A DNA stretch of 64,000 nt from Thermoanaerobaculia bacterium (GTDB lineage: Bacteria > Acidobacteriota > Thermoanaerobaculia > Multivoradales > SZUA-115): the NCBI GenBank assembly GCA_044869955.1, contig JBIOYC010000060.1, forward strand, positions 6,850-70,849, written 5' to 3'. The first letter of the stretch is position 1, and each line of letters starts with the position of its first letter. This document shows, in pieces, positions 49,840 through 60,599 of the stretch. The notes below the pieces were generated by a model. The model ran no database searches. It had not been told where the DNA came from and worked only from the letters and a program-made list of their open reading frames with translations. Both the position numbers and the translations under genes were made by a program.

Positions 49840-50862
49840 ATGGAGCCGATTCGGTTGGGACTCTCGGGGTTGGGGCGCATCGGCCGCAACCTCTTCCGCA
49901 TCCTCGCCGGGCGCGAGGACATCGAGCTCGTGGCGATCAACGACGGGGCCAATCCGGACGCCCTGGCCTACCTGCTGCGCTTCGACACCATCCACGGCCG
50001 CTTCCCCGAGCCGGTGGTCCATCGCGACGGCCACATCGAGGTCGGTGGCCGGCGCATCCGGATGCTCGCCTCCCCGGCGCCGGGCGGCGCGCCCTGGCGC
50101 GAGCTCGGGGTCGACGTGGTGGTCGAGGAGGGCAAGCCTGGCCGCTCCCGCGCCGAGCTCGAGAAGCACTTCGAGGTCGGCGCCCGGCGGGTCATCCTCT
50201 GCGTGCCCTCGGCCGAGCCGGCCGAGCTCACCTTCGTGCGCGGCGTCAACGACCATCTGCTCGAGCGGCGGCACCGGCTGATCTCGAACGGCTCCTGCAC
50301 CGCCCACGCGGCGGCACCGGTGCTCCAGGTCCTGGACCGAGCCTTCGGCATCGAGCGCGTCTACCTGACCACCGTGCACGCCTATACCGACCAGCAGCGC
50401 CTGGCCGACGTCCCGGCCGAGGACATGCGCAGCGGCCGAGCGGCGGCAGAGAACATCATCCCGCAGCCCACCAACGCCCCCCAGCTCCTGGCCGAGCTGA
50501 TGCCGCACCTGGCCGGCCGCATCGCCGGCACGGCGATGAACGTGCCGGTGGCGAACGGCTCGGTGGTCGACCTGGTCTGTTGGCACCGCGAGCCGGTCAC
50601 CGTCGAGGTGATCAACGCCGCGCTCGCCGCGGCGGCGGCCGAGCCGCGCTGGCGGGGGTTCCTGCAGTACGAGTCCGAGCCGATCGTCTCCTCGGACGTA
50701 CTGCGCAGCAGCTACTCCTCGAGCTTCGACTCGCTGGCCACCATGGTGCTCGCGGGCCGGGTCTCGAAGACCCTGTCCTGGTTCGACAACGGCTGGGGCT
50801 ATGCGCACCGCGTGGTGGAGCTGATCGAGCGATTCCGCGATCTCGACCGGGAGGTGGCCTGA
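49840..50862 (+). CDS. gap: type I glyceraldehyde-3-phosphate dehydrogenase, paralog 1
   Basis: GGAGGACCCGA-ATG; GLSGLGRIGRNLFR and SNGSCTAHAAAP (catalytic Cys). Confidence 0.8.
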   Translation: MEPIRLGLSGLGRIGRNLFRILAGREDIELVAINDGANPDALAYLLRFDTIHGRFPEPVVHRDGHIEVGGRRIRMLASPAPGGAPWRELGVDVVVEEGKPGRSRAELEKHFEVGARRVILCVPSAEPAELTFVRGVNDHLLERRHRLISNGSCTAHAAAPVLQVLDRAFGIERVYLTTVHAYTDQQRLADVPAEDMRSGRAAAENIIPQPTNAPQLLAELMPHLAGRIAGTAMNVPVANGSVVDLVCWHREPVTVEVINAALAAAAAEPRWRGFLQYESEPIVSSDVLRSSYSSSFDSLATMVLAGRVSKTLSWFDNGWGYAHRVVELIERFRDLDREVA

Positions 50863-51863
50863 TGAAGGTGCGAGTGGGCATCAACGGCTTCGGCCGCATC
50901 GGCCGCAGCGTCTTTCGCATCCTGGAGGAGCGAGGCGGCTTCGAGGTCGTGGTGATCAACGACCTCTTCGAGAACGAGCAGCTCGCCTACCTGCTCCGGT
51001 ACGACACAGTGATGGGCAACTTCGAGGGCAAGGTCTCGGTCGACGAGGAGTCGATGACCGTCAACGGGCATCGCATCGTGATGACCGACGAGAGGGACCC
51101 GGCGATGATCCCCTGGGGCAAGCTGGGGGTAGACCTGGTGGTCGAATCGACGGGAGTGTTCCGCTCGGCCGACAAGCTCGCCGGCCACCTCGAGGCCGGA
51201 GCGAAGAAGGTCGTGCTCACCGTGCCGCCGGACGGCGAGGTCGACGCCATGGTGGTGATCGGCGTCAACGAGGACGTCCTCAAGCCGGAGCACCGCATCG
51301 TCTCGAACGCCTCCTGCACCACCAACTGCCTGGCGCCGATCGTCAAGATCCTCGACGAGGCCTTCGGCATCGAGGAGGGCTTCGTCACCACCGTTCACGC
51401 CTACACCAACGACCAGCGCCTGGCCGACGTGCCGCACAAGGACCTGCGCCGCAGCCGGGCCGCGGCCGAGAACATCATCCCCACCACCACCGGCGCCGCC
51501 CGGGCAGTGGGCAAGGTGCTGCCGCACCTCAAGGGCAAGCTCGACGGCATGGCCATGCGCGTGCCGGTGCCGGACGGCTCCACCGTCGACCTCGCCTGCC
51601 GCTTGCGCAGCCGCCCGAGCCGCGACGACGTCAACGACGCCGTGCGCGAGGCGGCGGCCGGCCGCTACACCCGGGTGGTCGAGTACAGCGAAGCGCCGCT
51701 GGTGTCGAGCGACATCATCGGCAATCCCCACTCCTCGATCTTCGATGCCCTCTCCACCCTCGCCGAGGGAGACGGCTTCGCCAAGGTCGTGGCGTGGTAC
51801 GACAACGAGTGGGGCTATTCCAACCGAGTGGTCGACCTCCTGAACCTGCTCGCCGCGCAGTAG
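50862..51863 (+). CDS. gap: type I glyceraldehyde-3-phosphate dehydrogenase, paralog 2
   Basis: The ATG overlaps the stop of paralog 1 (TGATG). INGFGRIGR, SNASCTTNCLAP and WYDNEWGYS. Confidence 0.85.
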   Translation: MKVRVGINGFGRIGRSVFRILEERGGFEVVVINDLFENEQLAYLLRYDTVMGNFEGKVSVDEESMTVNGHRIVMTDERDPAMIPWGKLGVDLVVESTGVFRSADKLAGHLEAGAKKVVLTVPPDGEVDAMVVIGVNEDVLKPEHRIVSNASCTTNCLAPIVKILDEAFGIEEGFVTTVHAYTNDQRLADVPHKDLRRSRAAAENIIPTTTGAARAVGKVLPHLKGKLDGMAMRVPVPDGSTVDLACRLRSRPSRDDVNDAVREAAAGRYTRVVEYSEAPLVSSDIIGNPHSSIFDALSTLAEGDGFAKVVAWYDNEWGYSNRVVDLLNLLAAQ

Positions 51864-51893
51864 CCGTCGCCCCCCATCGCACGGAGTCTCTCG

Positions 51894-54089
51894 ATGCCCG
51901 TCACGCGCACGTTCTGTCCCATTCCCTGTCTTCCGGTGGCGGACGTCGAGCTGCCCAAGAAGGTGGAGAAGCTCTATGACCTCGCCTACAACTTCTGGTG
52001 GAGCTGGGAGCTGCCCGCCCGCTCGCTGTTCGCCGAGGTCGATCGCTGGCGTTGGGAGCGCTACAAGAACCCGGTTCAGCTGCTGATCAACGTCGATCCC
52101 ACGCATTGGGACGCGCTGCTCGAGAGCGAGGCCTTCATGGCCTCCTACACCGCGGTGGTGCGAGACTTCGAGGACTACGTCGAGCGCCGCGAGCCGACCT
52201 GGTTCGAGCGCCGCTTCCCCGGCTATCAGGGCGGACCGGTGGCCTACTTCTCCATGGAGTTCGGGCTCCACCAGTCTCTCGCCATCTACTCCGGGGGGCT
52301 CGGTATTCTCTCGGGCGACCATGCCAAGAGCGCCAGCGACCTCGGCCTGCCGTTCGTCGCCGTGGGCCTGCTCTATCGCCACGGCTACTTCCGCCAGACC
52401 GTCGACTCGGACGGCCGCCAGCAGCACACCTACCCGGACTACGACTTCAGCCGGCTGCCCCTGCGCCCGGCGGCCACTCGCACCGGCCGCGAGGTGATGG
52501 TCTCGGTTCCCCTTCCCGGCCGCGAGGTCTGGGCCAAGGTCTGGGTGGCCGAGGTGGGCCGGGTCCCCCTGCTGCTGCTCGACACCGACGTCCTGCGCAA
52601 CGACCCCGCCGATCGGCCGATCACGGGTCAGCTCTACGTCTCCGGCCGCGAGATGCGCCTGGCCCAGGAGCTCGTCCTGGGCATCGGCGGGGTGCGCGCC
52701 CTCGAAGCCCTGGGGGTCGAGCCCTCGGTCTGGCACATGAACGAAGGGCATTGTGCCTTCCTGCAGCTGGAGCGGCTCCGGCGCGCCCTGGCGGACGAGC
52801 GCCTGGACCTCGACGAGGGCCTGGCCCTGATCGGGCGGGATGCGGTCTTCACCACCCACACTCCCGTGCCGGCGGGCAACGAGGCCTTCGACCGAGCCCT
52901 GGTCGCCCGCCACCTCGAGCCCTGGCTGGGAGAGATCGAGGTGCCCGCGGAGCAGCTGCTCGACCTCGCCGATCCGGACGGCGAGGGCAGCAGCCAGTCC
53001 TTCAACCTGACCGCCCTCGCCCTTTCCACCTGCCGGGCGGCCAACGCCGTATCCCGCTTGAACGCCGAAGTGACCCAGCGCATGTGGGGCGGCTTCCTGG
53101 CCCGCGCCGAGCACGGCCCGGACGAGATCTTCCCGATCACCAACGGCATCCACAGCAGCTCTTGGCTGGGCCGCGAGATGCGCGACCTCTTCCAGCGCTA
53201 CCTCGGCCCGGAATGGCCCGAGCTGCTGCTCGACGAAGGGGCCTGGGAGCGCATCGCCGACGTCCCGGACGAGGAGGTCTGGGCCGGTCACAACGCCCAG
53301 AAGGCCCGTCTCGGGCGCTTCCTGCGCAACCGCCTTCGCGAGCAGTACGCTCGCCACGGCCGCTCACCCGAACAGCTGCGCCAGCTCGAGAGTCTCTTCG
53401 ATCCCGCCGCGCTCACCATCGGCTTCGCCCGCCGCTTCGCCACCTACAAGCGGGCCAACCTGATCCTGTCGAACCTCAAGCGCTTCCGGGCTCTGGTGTG
53501 CGACGCGTCCCGACCGATCCAGATCGTCTTCGCGGGCAAGGCCCACCCGGCCGACCGCGAGGGCAAGGAGATCATCCAGCAGATCTTCCAGCTCAGTCAG
53601 TCGGCCGACTTCCGGGACCACATCCACTTCATCGAGGACTACGACATGCTGGCCGGGCGGCGCCTGGTCCAGGGCGTCGACGTGTGGCTCAACACCCCCC
53701 GCCGGCCGATGGAGGCGAGCGGCACCAGCGGCCAGAAGGCGGCCATGAACGGGGCCTTGAATCTGTCGATCCTCGACGGCTGGTGGCCGGAGGCCTACGA
53801 CGGCGACAACGGCTGGGCGATCGGCAACGGGCCCGCCGCTCGCGAGATCGACAACGGCGACGGCAACGGCGGCGAGGACGACGGCGCCACCGACCAGTCC
53901 GACGCCGAGGCCCTGTACACGCTCCTGGTCGAGGAGGTTGCGCCGACGTACTACGAGCGCGACGGCTCGGGCCTGCCCAGTCGCTGGATCACCCGCATGA
54001 AGCACGCCATCGCCACCGTGACGCCCCGCTTCTCGAGCGCTCGCATGGTCCGCGACTACATCGAGAAGTCTTACTTCCCGGCCGAGTGA
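51894..54089 (+). CDS. glgP: alpha-glucan phosphorylase (GT35, GlgP family)
   Basis: 731 aa; GGLGILSGDHAKSASDLG, the PLP-lysine region (TSGQKAAMNG) and EAYDGDNGWAIG. Confidence 0.85.
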   Translation: MPVTRTFCPIPCLPVADVELPKKVEKLYDLAYNFWWSWELPARSLFAEVDRWRWERYKNPVQLLINVDPTHWDALLESEAFMASYTAVVRDFEDYVERREPTWFERRFPGYQGGPVAYFSMEFGLHQSLAIYSGGLGILSGDHAKSASDLGLPFVAVGLLYRHGYFRQTVDSDGRQQHTYPDYDFSRLPLRPAATRTGREVMVSVPLPGREVWAKVWVAEVGRVPLLLLDTDVLRNDPADRPITGQLYVSGREMRLAQELVLGIGGVRALEALGVEPSVWHMNEGHCAFLQLERLRRALADERLDLDEGLALIGRDAVFTTHTPVPAGNEAFDRALVARHLEPWLGEIEVPAEQLLDLADPDGEGSSQSFNLTALALSTCRAANAVSRLNAEVTQRMWGGFLARAEHGPDEIFPITNGIHSSSWLGREMRDLFQRYLGPEWPELLLDEGAWERIADVPDEEVWAGHNAQKARLGRFLRNRLREQYARHGRSPEQLRQLESLFDPAALTIGFARRFATYKRANLILSNLKRFRALVCDASRPIQIVFAGKAHPADREGKEIIQQIFQLSQSADFRDHIHFIEDYDMLAGRRLVQGVDVWLNTPRRPMEASGTSGQKAAMNGALNLSILDGWWPEAYDGDNGWAIGNGPAAREIDNGDGNGGEDDGATDQSDAEALYTLLVEEVAPTYYERDGSGLPSRWITRMKHAIATVTPRFSSARMVRDYIEKSYFPAE

Positions 54090-54205
54090 GGACGGGGACG
54101 GCAAGGTCCCTCGGGCGGTCGGCGGCCCATGTTCTTTACTGACTTGGTCTTCTTTCTTACAATAGCTCCGCCCAAGAACCGGATCCGAACAAGGAGAGGT
54201 GCGCC

Positions 54206-55075
<870 letters not shown>

Positions 55076-55609
55076 GTGAGCCCCGACCCCGGCCTCGCCG
55101 CCGAGGCGGGAGCGCCGGCCCATGGTAGTCTGCCGCCTCGGCCTCGCTGCGAGGCCGAGCCGGAGCCACCCGCCGTGCTGCCCGCCAAGCTCGCCCGCCT
55201 GGTCGATGCCTTCGCCCTGATGCCCGACCGTCAGGAGCGCATCGAGACCCTGATCGGCATCGCCGACCGGTTCCGGCCGGTCCCCCCGGAGGTTGCCCAA
55301 CGCCCGTACCCGGAAGAGAACCAGGCGCCGGCCTGCGAGTCGGAGGCTTATGTCTGGGCTCTGCCCCGGCCCGACGGCACCCTCCGCTTCCACTTCGCGG
55401 TGGAGAACCCACAGGGGGTCTCCGCAATGGCAATGGCAGTGATCCTCGACGAGACCCTCTCCGGGGCGCCCATCGAAGAGGTGGCCGAGGTGCCGCGAGA
55501 CCTGCCCAACAAGATCTTCGGCACCGAGCTTTCGATGGGTAAGTCGATGGGCCTGTCGGGGATGGTCGCGCTGGTCACCACCGCAGCTCGCCGCCGTCTC
55601 GCGGGCTGA
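55076..55609 (+). CDS. SufE-like sulfur-acceptor protein
   Basis: LPAKLARLVDAFALMPDRQERIETLIGIADRF and the conserved Cys loop (APACESEAYVW). The start overlaps the rhodanese stop. Confidence 0.6.
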   Translation: MSPDPGLAAEAGAPAHGSLPPRPRCEAEPEPPAVLPAKLARLVDAFALMPDRQERIETLIGIADRFRPVPPEVAQRPYPEENQAPACESEAYVWALPRPDGTLRFHFAVENPQGVSAMAMAVILDETLSGAPIEEVAEVPRDLPNKIFGTELSMGKSMGLSGMVALVTTAARRRLAG

Positions 55610-55623
55610 GGGCTGCCCGGGGA

Positions 55624-56076
55624 TCAGTTCTCGGGCGAGGGCTCGGGCTCCGGGTGGGGGGCGTCGCCGCGGGCGAGACCGGCACCGTGCTCGTAGTAGT
55701 GGCGCAGCAGCCGGTGGAACCCGCGCAGCATCTCGGAGAAGGCCAGCTCCTCGGCCGGGGCGAGGGTGCGCTCCAGCCCGAGGGCGAGGTAGACGTCGGC
55801 GCTGGGCTCGCCGGCGACGTTGCCAGAGAGGCTGCCGCGCAGGCGGGGCGGCCGGCGATTGACCGTATCGAGAGCGTCCTGGAGGTCGGCGAGGTCCGCC
55901 TTGAGGGCGCCGAGGATCCGCTCGAGAGTCTCGACCGAGGGTCTCTGCTTGCCGGTCTCGTACGCTGAGAGCATCGCCTTGGTGACGCCGGCGGTCTCGG
56001 CGACCTGGTACTGCCTCCGGCTCTGCCGATCGCGCAACCAGCGGAGGGCCTTGCCGAGGCCGTCGAAGGTGGGCAT
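55624..56076 (-). CDS. XRE-family HTH transcriptional regulator, paralog A
   Basis: The internal ATG MPTFDGLGKALRWLRDRQSRRQYQVAETAGVTKAMLSAYETGKQRPSVETLERIL is a Cro/C1-type HTH. The ORF-track N-terminal extension runs into an AT-rich promoter region. Confidence 0.55.
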   Translation of the reverse strand: MPTFDGLGKALRWLRDRQSRRQYQVAETAGVTKAMLSAYETGKQRPSVETLERILGALKADLADLQDALDTVNRRPPRLRGSLSGNVAGEPSADVYLALGLERTLAPAEELAFSEMLRGFHRLLRHYYEHGAGLARGDAPHPEPEPSPEN

Positions 56077-56134
56077 GAACTTACTGTACGGAAAATGATT
56101 GCCGCGCGCAACCCATAAATCCTTGTATCCCAGA

Positions 56135-56163
56135 TATTTACGCGGGATCGAGAATTCCCGCAA
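56135..56163 (-). promoter_or_regulatory. sigma70-like promoter candidate for XRE paralog A with an overlapping inverted repeat
   Basis: On the minus strand: TTGCGG, a 17-nt spacer (gaattctcgatcccgcg), then TAAATA. The spacer contains the inverted repeat GCGGGA-N8-TCCCGC. Confidence 0.3.
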
Positions 56164-56241
56164 GGGGTGTTTTGTTCCCTGTTTTCGTTACGTTGTTCGG
56201 CCACTTTGGAGCCGATCAAGAGCACAAATTACCGACTCCAC

Positions 56242-56625
56242 CTATTTCGCGTCTCCGCGAGGGTCTCGCCTCGAGACATCGGGGATCGCCCCATCGAGCA
56301 ACAGCAACCATCGCCGGAAGCCCTCGAGCACCTCCGCCAGCGCCTTCTCGCGTTCTTCATCGAGCTCGCCGCGGCCGGCCGGGCCGGTCTCGACGGCGGC
56401 TTCTCGATTGACGGCCGACAGCGCCCGAGCCAGCTTCGCCAGGTCCACGCCCAAGGCGTCGAGGACCCGGCCGAGGCTCTCCACCGAAGGAGCCCGTTTG
56501 CCCTGCTCGTAGGAGCAGAGCATGGCCTGGGTGATGCCCGCGGAACGGGCCACGTCACGTTGTTTGAGCTGTTGAGAGAGGCGGAGCCAGCGAAGCGCTT
56601 TGTGGAGACCCTGAAACGTCGACAT
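56242..56625 (-). CDS. XRE-family HTH transcriptional regulator, paralog B
   Basis: MSTFQGLHKALRWLRLSQQLKQRDVARSAGITQAMLCSYEQGKRAPSVESLGRVLDAL; same architecture as A and C. Confidence 0.55.
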   Translation of the reverse strand: MSTFQGLHKALRWLRLSQQLKQRDVARSAGITQAMLCSYEQGKRAPSVESLGRVLDALGVDLAKLARALSAVNREAAVETGPAGRGELDEEREKALAEVLEGFRRWLLLLDGAIPDVSRRDPRGDAK

Positions 56626-56711
56626 GGGGTGATCACTCACCCCCTGCCCCCCGGCGAATCGTAGAGGATCCTCCGCCCCCCCGCAAGCGTCCTCCCGCGA
56701 TGCCTCGCCCT

Positions 56712-57128
56712 TCATTCCTTGTCCCGTCGGACGACCGACTCGTAGACCGTCCGGCTGATCAAGGTCAGGCCGCGCAGGATCAGCCGATACCCCTCCTCGA
56801 GGTCGGCGGAGAGGGGCTCGCCGAGGTCGCGCAGGAGAGCCTCGAGATCCGGTGCCGTGGGTGGGCGGCCCGCCACCCGGCTGTTGCCGTTGCTCGCCGC
56901 TCGCTCGTTGACCAGGTCGAGAGCCCAGGACAGCTCGGCGAGACCGATGCCCAGACCCCGCGAGAGGATCTTGTCGAGGGTCTCGATCTCCGGCAGCGAG
57001 CGCTCGTTCTCGTAGGCCGAGAGCATCGGGGCGGTGACCCCGGCCGCCGCGGCGACGACCTTCTGGCTCTTTCCCGCCCGCTCTCGGAGAAACTTCAACG
57101 CCTTGCCCAAACGGAGGAACGCGATCAC
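56712..57128 (-). CDS. XRE-family HTH transcriptional regulator, paralog C
   Basis: GTG start; MIAFLRLGKALKFLRERAGKSQKVVAAAAGVTAPMLSAYENERSLPEIETLDKIL, which aligns residue for residue with A and B. Confidence 0.55.
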   Translation of the reverse strand: MIAFLRLGKALKFLRERAGKSQKVVAAAAGVTAPMLSAYENERSLPEIETLDKILSRGLGIGLAELSWALDLVNERAASNGNSRVAGRPPTAPDLEALLRDLGEPLSADLEEGYRLILRGLTLISRTVYESVVRRDKE

Positions 57129-57367
57129 GCGCGCAATCTACCGATCGAGCCCGCAACTCGCAATATAAAGCCTTATGAATCAGTAGTTTGCCTCGAATGA
57201 TCACAGTTGCCGCCGAAGGTATTTCCCTGCCGGTATCGGCAAGGAGTTGCGCCACGGGCATAGGGGACCCATCCGGATCTTGCCGCCGGAGAGAAGGTCG
57301 TGAAGGGCGCTGCGGCTGGGGTGGGGGCTCGAGTCCGGTTGGTCTGGTGGCGACGGCGGCGAGCGGC

Positions 57368-57400
57368 GGGGTGATCGGGGCCGCAAGCGGCCCCGATCAC
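57368..57400 (-). terminator. perfect 15-bp GC hairpin downstream of the BNR-repeat gene
   Basis: GGTGATCGGGGCCGC-aag-GCGGCCCCGATCACC, 18 nt beyond the stop at 57418. There is no U-tract, as is common in high-GC genomes. Confidence 0.45.
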
Positions 57401-57417
57401 CTTGGTGCTGGAGGCGG

Positions 57418-60400
57418 CTACTGTACGGACCTCTTCGCAGCTTCCCACTCCGCGCGGGTCTTCGGCTTGACGGCGCCGATTCCCTGCTTGGCGAGGGCTT
57501 GGTTGAGGCTGGCCAGCTCCTTGGCAATCAGCCCGTCGTAGCGCTTGGTCGCCGCGTCGAGCTCGGCGGACAGATTCGCCGCGCGCTCGACCTGGGTCTG
57601 GGTCGGCCGCCCCTCATAGAAGCTGACCCCGGCGTAGACCGTGCCGAGGTGCTCGCGCAGCTTCTCGTCGCCCGAGAGCCAGCCGGCGTCGCTGGTCGAC
57701 ACCAGCGAGGCGCGGAAGTCCTCGAAGCGCTGGCCGGTGTCGTGGGCCAGACGGGCGAGCTTGTCGCTCGGCTGGCGCTCCTTGACCGCGGCCTTCGCCT
57801 GGTCGCGCACCTCGGTGGCGGCAGCGACCAGGTAGGAGAGGTCCTCGAGACGGCCGTAGATGAAGAGGGCGAGCTTTTGCTGGGCGGCCCGGTCTTCGGT
57901 CGAGTGGGGGGACCGCGGGTCGGGAACCAGCTTGGCCTCGGTGGTGTAGCTGGCCTCGCCCTTGATCAGCTTGATGGTGTAGGTGCCCTCGGGCACCCGC
58001 GGGCCGACGAAGGCCTGGGCGAGCTGGGTGGCCGGCGGGACCTGCGGTGGCGGCAGCCGCATCGGCCAGTAGACGCGGTTCAGGCCCTTCCGCTTGCCGC
58101 CAGGGATGGTCGACACCAGCTTCCCGGCGCTGTCGTAGACCTCGACCTTGAGCTCGCCGAAGAGGTGGCGTTTCTTCAAGTGGTAGTGGATGGCCACGGC
58201 CTCCGGAGGATTCGAGCCCGTGAACTCGTCGCTACCGCCGAAGCTCTGGAAGATGCCGGCCGTCTGCATCTCGGTCGGCGCGATGTCGAGCAGCTTGACG
58301 TCCGCTTCGACGACCTCGCGGGAGAGCTGACGCAGGGGCGAGATGTCATCGACGATGTAGAGGCCGCGGCCGTGGGTGGCGAGGATCAGGTCGTGTTCGC
58401 GCGGATGGATCTGGATGTCGTGGATCGCCACCCGGGGCAGGTTCCCTTCGAAGCGAGCCCACTCCTTGCCGCCATCGATCGAGATGAACAGACCGACCTC
58501 GGTGCCCAGGAAGACCAGGTCCGGGTCGACCAGGTCCTGGCGAGCCACGATCGCCCAGCCGGAGAGCGCCTCCGTGGCCAGCGAGTGCCAGGTGGCGCCG
58601 AAGTCATGGCTGGCGTAGACGTAGGTCCCGAAGTCGCCGGTGCGGTGACCATCGAAGGTGGCGAAGGCCGTGGCCTCGTCGTGCGGGCTCGCCGACACCG
58701 AGGAGACCCAGGTGCCCTTGGGCAGACCGGGGACGTTGGCGACGACGTTCGTCCAGGTCTTGCCGCCGTCGCGGGTGAGCTGGAGGTTGCCGTCGTCCGT
58801 GCCCACCCAGATCACCGAGCCGTTCCTGGGCGACTCGCTGATCGAGTAGATCGTGGTGTGGTTCTCGGCCGTCGAGTTGTCGATGCTGAGGCCACCCGAC
58901 TGCATCTGGCGCTGCTTGGCGGGGTCGTTGGTGGTCAGGTCCGGAGAGATCCGCTCCCAGGACTCGCCCTGGTTGCGCGTCCGCAGCAGGAACTGCGAGC
59001 CGACGTAGATCGTCCCCTTCTCGTTCGGGGAGGGGTGGATCGGGGTGTTCCAGTTGAAGCGCAGCTCCGGCTCGCCGGCCCTCGGCTGGGGCTTGATGTC
59101 GCGCGACTCGCGGGTCGACAGGCGCACGCGCGAGATCTCGCCACCCTGGTATTCGACGTAGACGAAACCCGGATCGGCCGGGTCGCGGTAGGCATAGAAG
59201 CCATCGCCGCCGCCGATGTTCTCCCAATCCCGATTCTCGATGCCCTCGATCGAGCGCGAGGGGCCCATCCAGGAGCCGTTGTCCTGCAAGCCGCCGTAGA
59301 CGTTGTACGGCTCGTCCATGTCGAAGCTCACATGGTAGAACTGCGACACCGGCAGCGAGCGCACGTGGCGCCAGCGGGCGCCCCGGTCGTAGGAGTGATA
59401 GACGCCGCCGTCCGTGCCAATCAGCAGCTCGTGGGGTGAGGTCGGGTTGATCCACAAGGCGTGGTGGTCCGGATGGACGCCGCCGCCCCCGAAGCCCCCG
59501 CTGCTGAACGGCGAGGAGAAGGACACGCCGCCGTCACTCGAGACCGACAGGGTGAGACCCGGCTTGTACACCCGCTTCCAATCCTGAGGGTCGACCACCA
59601 ACCGCGAGAAGTAGAACGGGCGGGCGACGACGTTGAACGAGCTGTTGAGCTTCTTCCAGCTGCCTCCCAGGTCATCCGAGCGATAGAGCGCCGTCTCCTT
59701 GGCCTCGACCGTGGCGTACACCACGTTCGGGCGGGAAGGCGCGACGGCGACCGCGATGCGGCCCTTGTCGCCGGCCGGCAGGCCGTTCGCGAGCGGGGCC
59801 CAGGTCTCGCCGCCGTCGGTGGAGCGGTAGAGGCCGCTGCCCGGGCCACCCGAGTTGAAGAAGTCGGGGTAGCGGCGGAACTGCCACATCCCGGCGTAGA
59901 GGATCGAGGAGTCCTGAGGATCCATGTCGACGTCGGAGCAGCCGGTGTCGGCGTTGACGTAGAGCACTCGCTTCCAGGTCTCACCGCCGTCGGTCGTCTT
60001 GTAGACGCCACGCTCCTCGTTGGCGTTCCACAGGTGCCCGGTGGCGCAGACGAAGACGGTCTTGGGGCTCTTGGGGTCGACCTCGATCTTGGCGATGCGC
60101 TCCGAGTCGGCGAGGCCCATCATCTTCCAGTTGTCGCCACCGTCGGTCGACTTGTAGACGCCGTCTCCGACCGAGACGCTGTTGCGTGTCCAGGACTCGC
60201 CGGTGCCCACCCAGATGATTTTGGGATCGCTCGGGTCGATGGTGATGGCGCCGATCGACTGGCGGTGCTGATCGAAGATCGGCTTGAAGGCGAGGCCGCC
60301 GTCGGTGGACTTCCACACACCGCCCGAGGCCGCGCCGACGTAGATGGTCAGGGGGTCCTTGGCGACGGCATCGATCGCCGAGATGCGGCCGCCCATGGTG

Positions 60401-60528
60401 GCCGGCCCGATGTCCCGGGCCTCGATGGCGCCGAAGGTGCTCGAGTCGATGGTCGCGGCCGCCGCGCCGCTCGCGACGGCCACGGTCCATGCGGCAAAGA
60501 GATACCGGCTCTTCGTGAGAAGACGCAT
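57418..60528 (-). CDS. secreted BNR/Asp-box repeat protein (sortilin/VPS10-like beta-propeller)
   Basis: 1036 aa with a signal peptide and at least 8 Asp-box motifs (STDGGLAF, STDGGDNW, TTDGGETW, STDGGETW, SDDLGGSW, SSDGGVSF, TRDGGKTW, SIDGGKEW). Confidence 0.8.
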   Translation of the reverse strand: MRLLTKSRYLFAAWTVAVASGAAAATIDSSTFGAIEARDIGPATMGGRISAIDAVAKDPLTIYVGAASGGVWKSTDGGLAFKPIFDQHRQSIGAITIDPSDPKIIWVGTGESWTRNSVSVGDGVYKSTDGGDNWKMMGLADSERIAKIEVDPKSPKTVFVCATGHLWNANEERGVYKTTDGGETWKRVLYVNADTGCSDVDMDPQDSSILYAGMWQFRRYPDFFNSGGPGSGLYRSTDGGETWAPLANGLPAGDKGRIAVAVAPSRPNVVYATVEAKETALYRSDDLGGSWKKLNSSFNVVARPFYFSRLVVDPQDWKRVYKPGLTLSVSSDGGVSFSSPFSSGGFGGGGVHPDHHALWINPTSPHELLIGTDGGVYHSYDRGARWRHVRSLPVSQFYHVSFDMDEPYNVYGGLQDNGSWMGPSRSIEGIENRDWENIGGGDGFYAYRDPADPGFVYVEYQGGEISRVRLSTRESRDIKPQPRAGEPELRFNWNTPIHPSPNEKGTIYVGSQFLLRTRNQGESWERISPDLTTNDPAKQRQMQSGGLSIDNSTAENHTTIYSISESPRNGSVIWVGTDDGNLQLTRDGGKTWTNVVANVPGLPKGTWVSSVSASPHDEATAFATFDGHRTGDFGTYVYASHDFGATWHSLATEALSGWAIVARQDLVDPDLVFLGTEVGLFISIDGGKEWARFEGNLPRVAIHDIQIHPREHDLILATHGRGLYIVDDISPLRQLSREVVEADVKLLDIAPTEMQTAGIFQSFGGSDEFTGSNPPEAVAIHYHLKKRHLFGELKVEVYDSAGKLVSTIPGGKRKGLNRVYWPMRLPPPQVPPATQLAQAFVGPRVPEGTYTIKLIKGEASYTTEAKLVPDPRSPHSTEDRAAQQKLALFIYGRLEDLSYLVAAATEVRDQAKAAVKERQPSDKLARLAHDTGQRFEDFRASLVSTSDAGWLSGDEKLREHLGTVYAGVSFYEGRPTQTQVERAANLSAELDAATKRYDGLIAKELASLNQALAKQGIGAVKPKTRAEWEAAKRSVQ

Positions 60529-60599
60529 CGGCTTCCTCCCGATGAATGATTCGAAGATGTACGAAGGCCGGCCGCTCGGCGGCCGGCCTGGCGGGAGCG

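Noticed and set aside
54090-54205. TTGACT...TACAAT promoter-like hexamers upstream of the rhodanese gene
   Set aside because: Spacing between the best hexamers is 13 nt (too short) and alternatives are weak, so it is not called as a feature.
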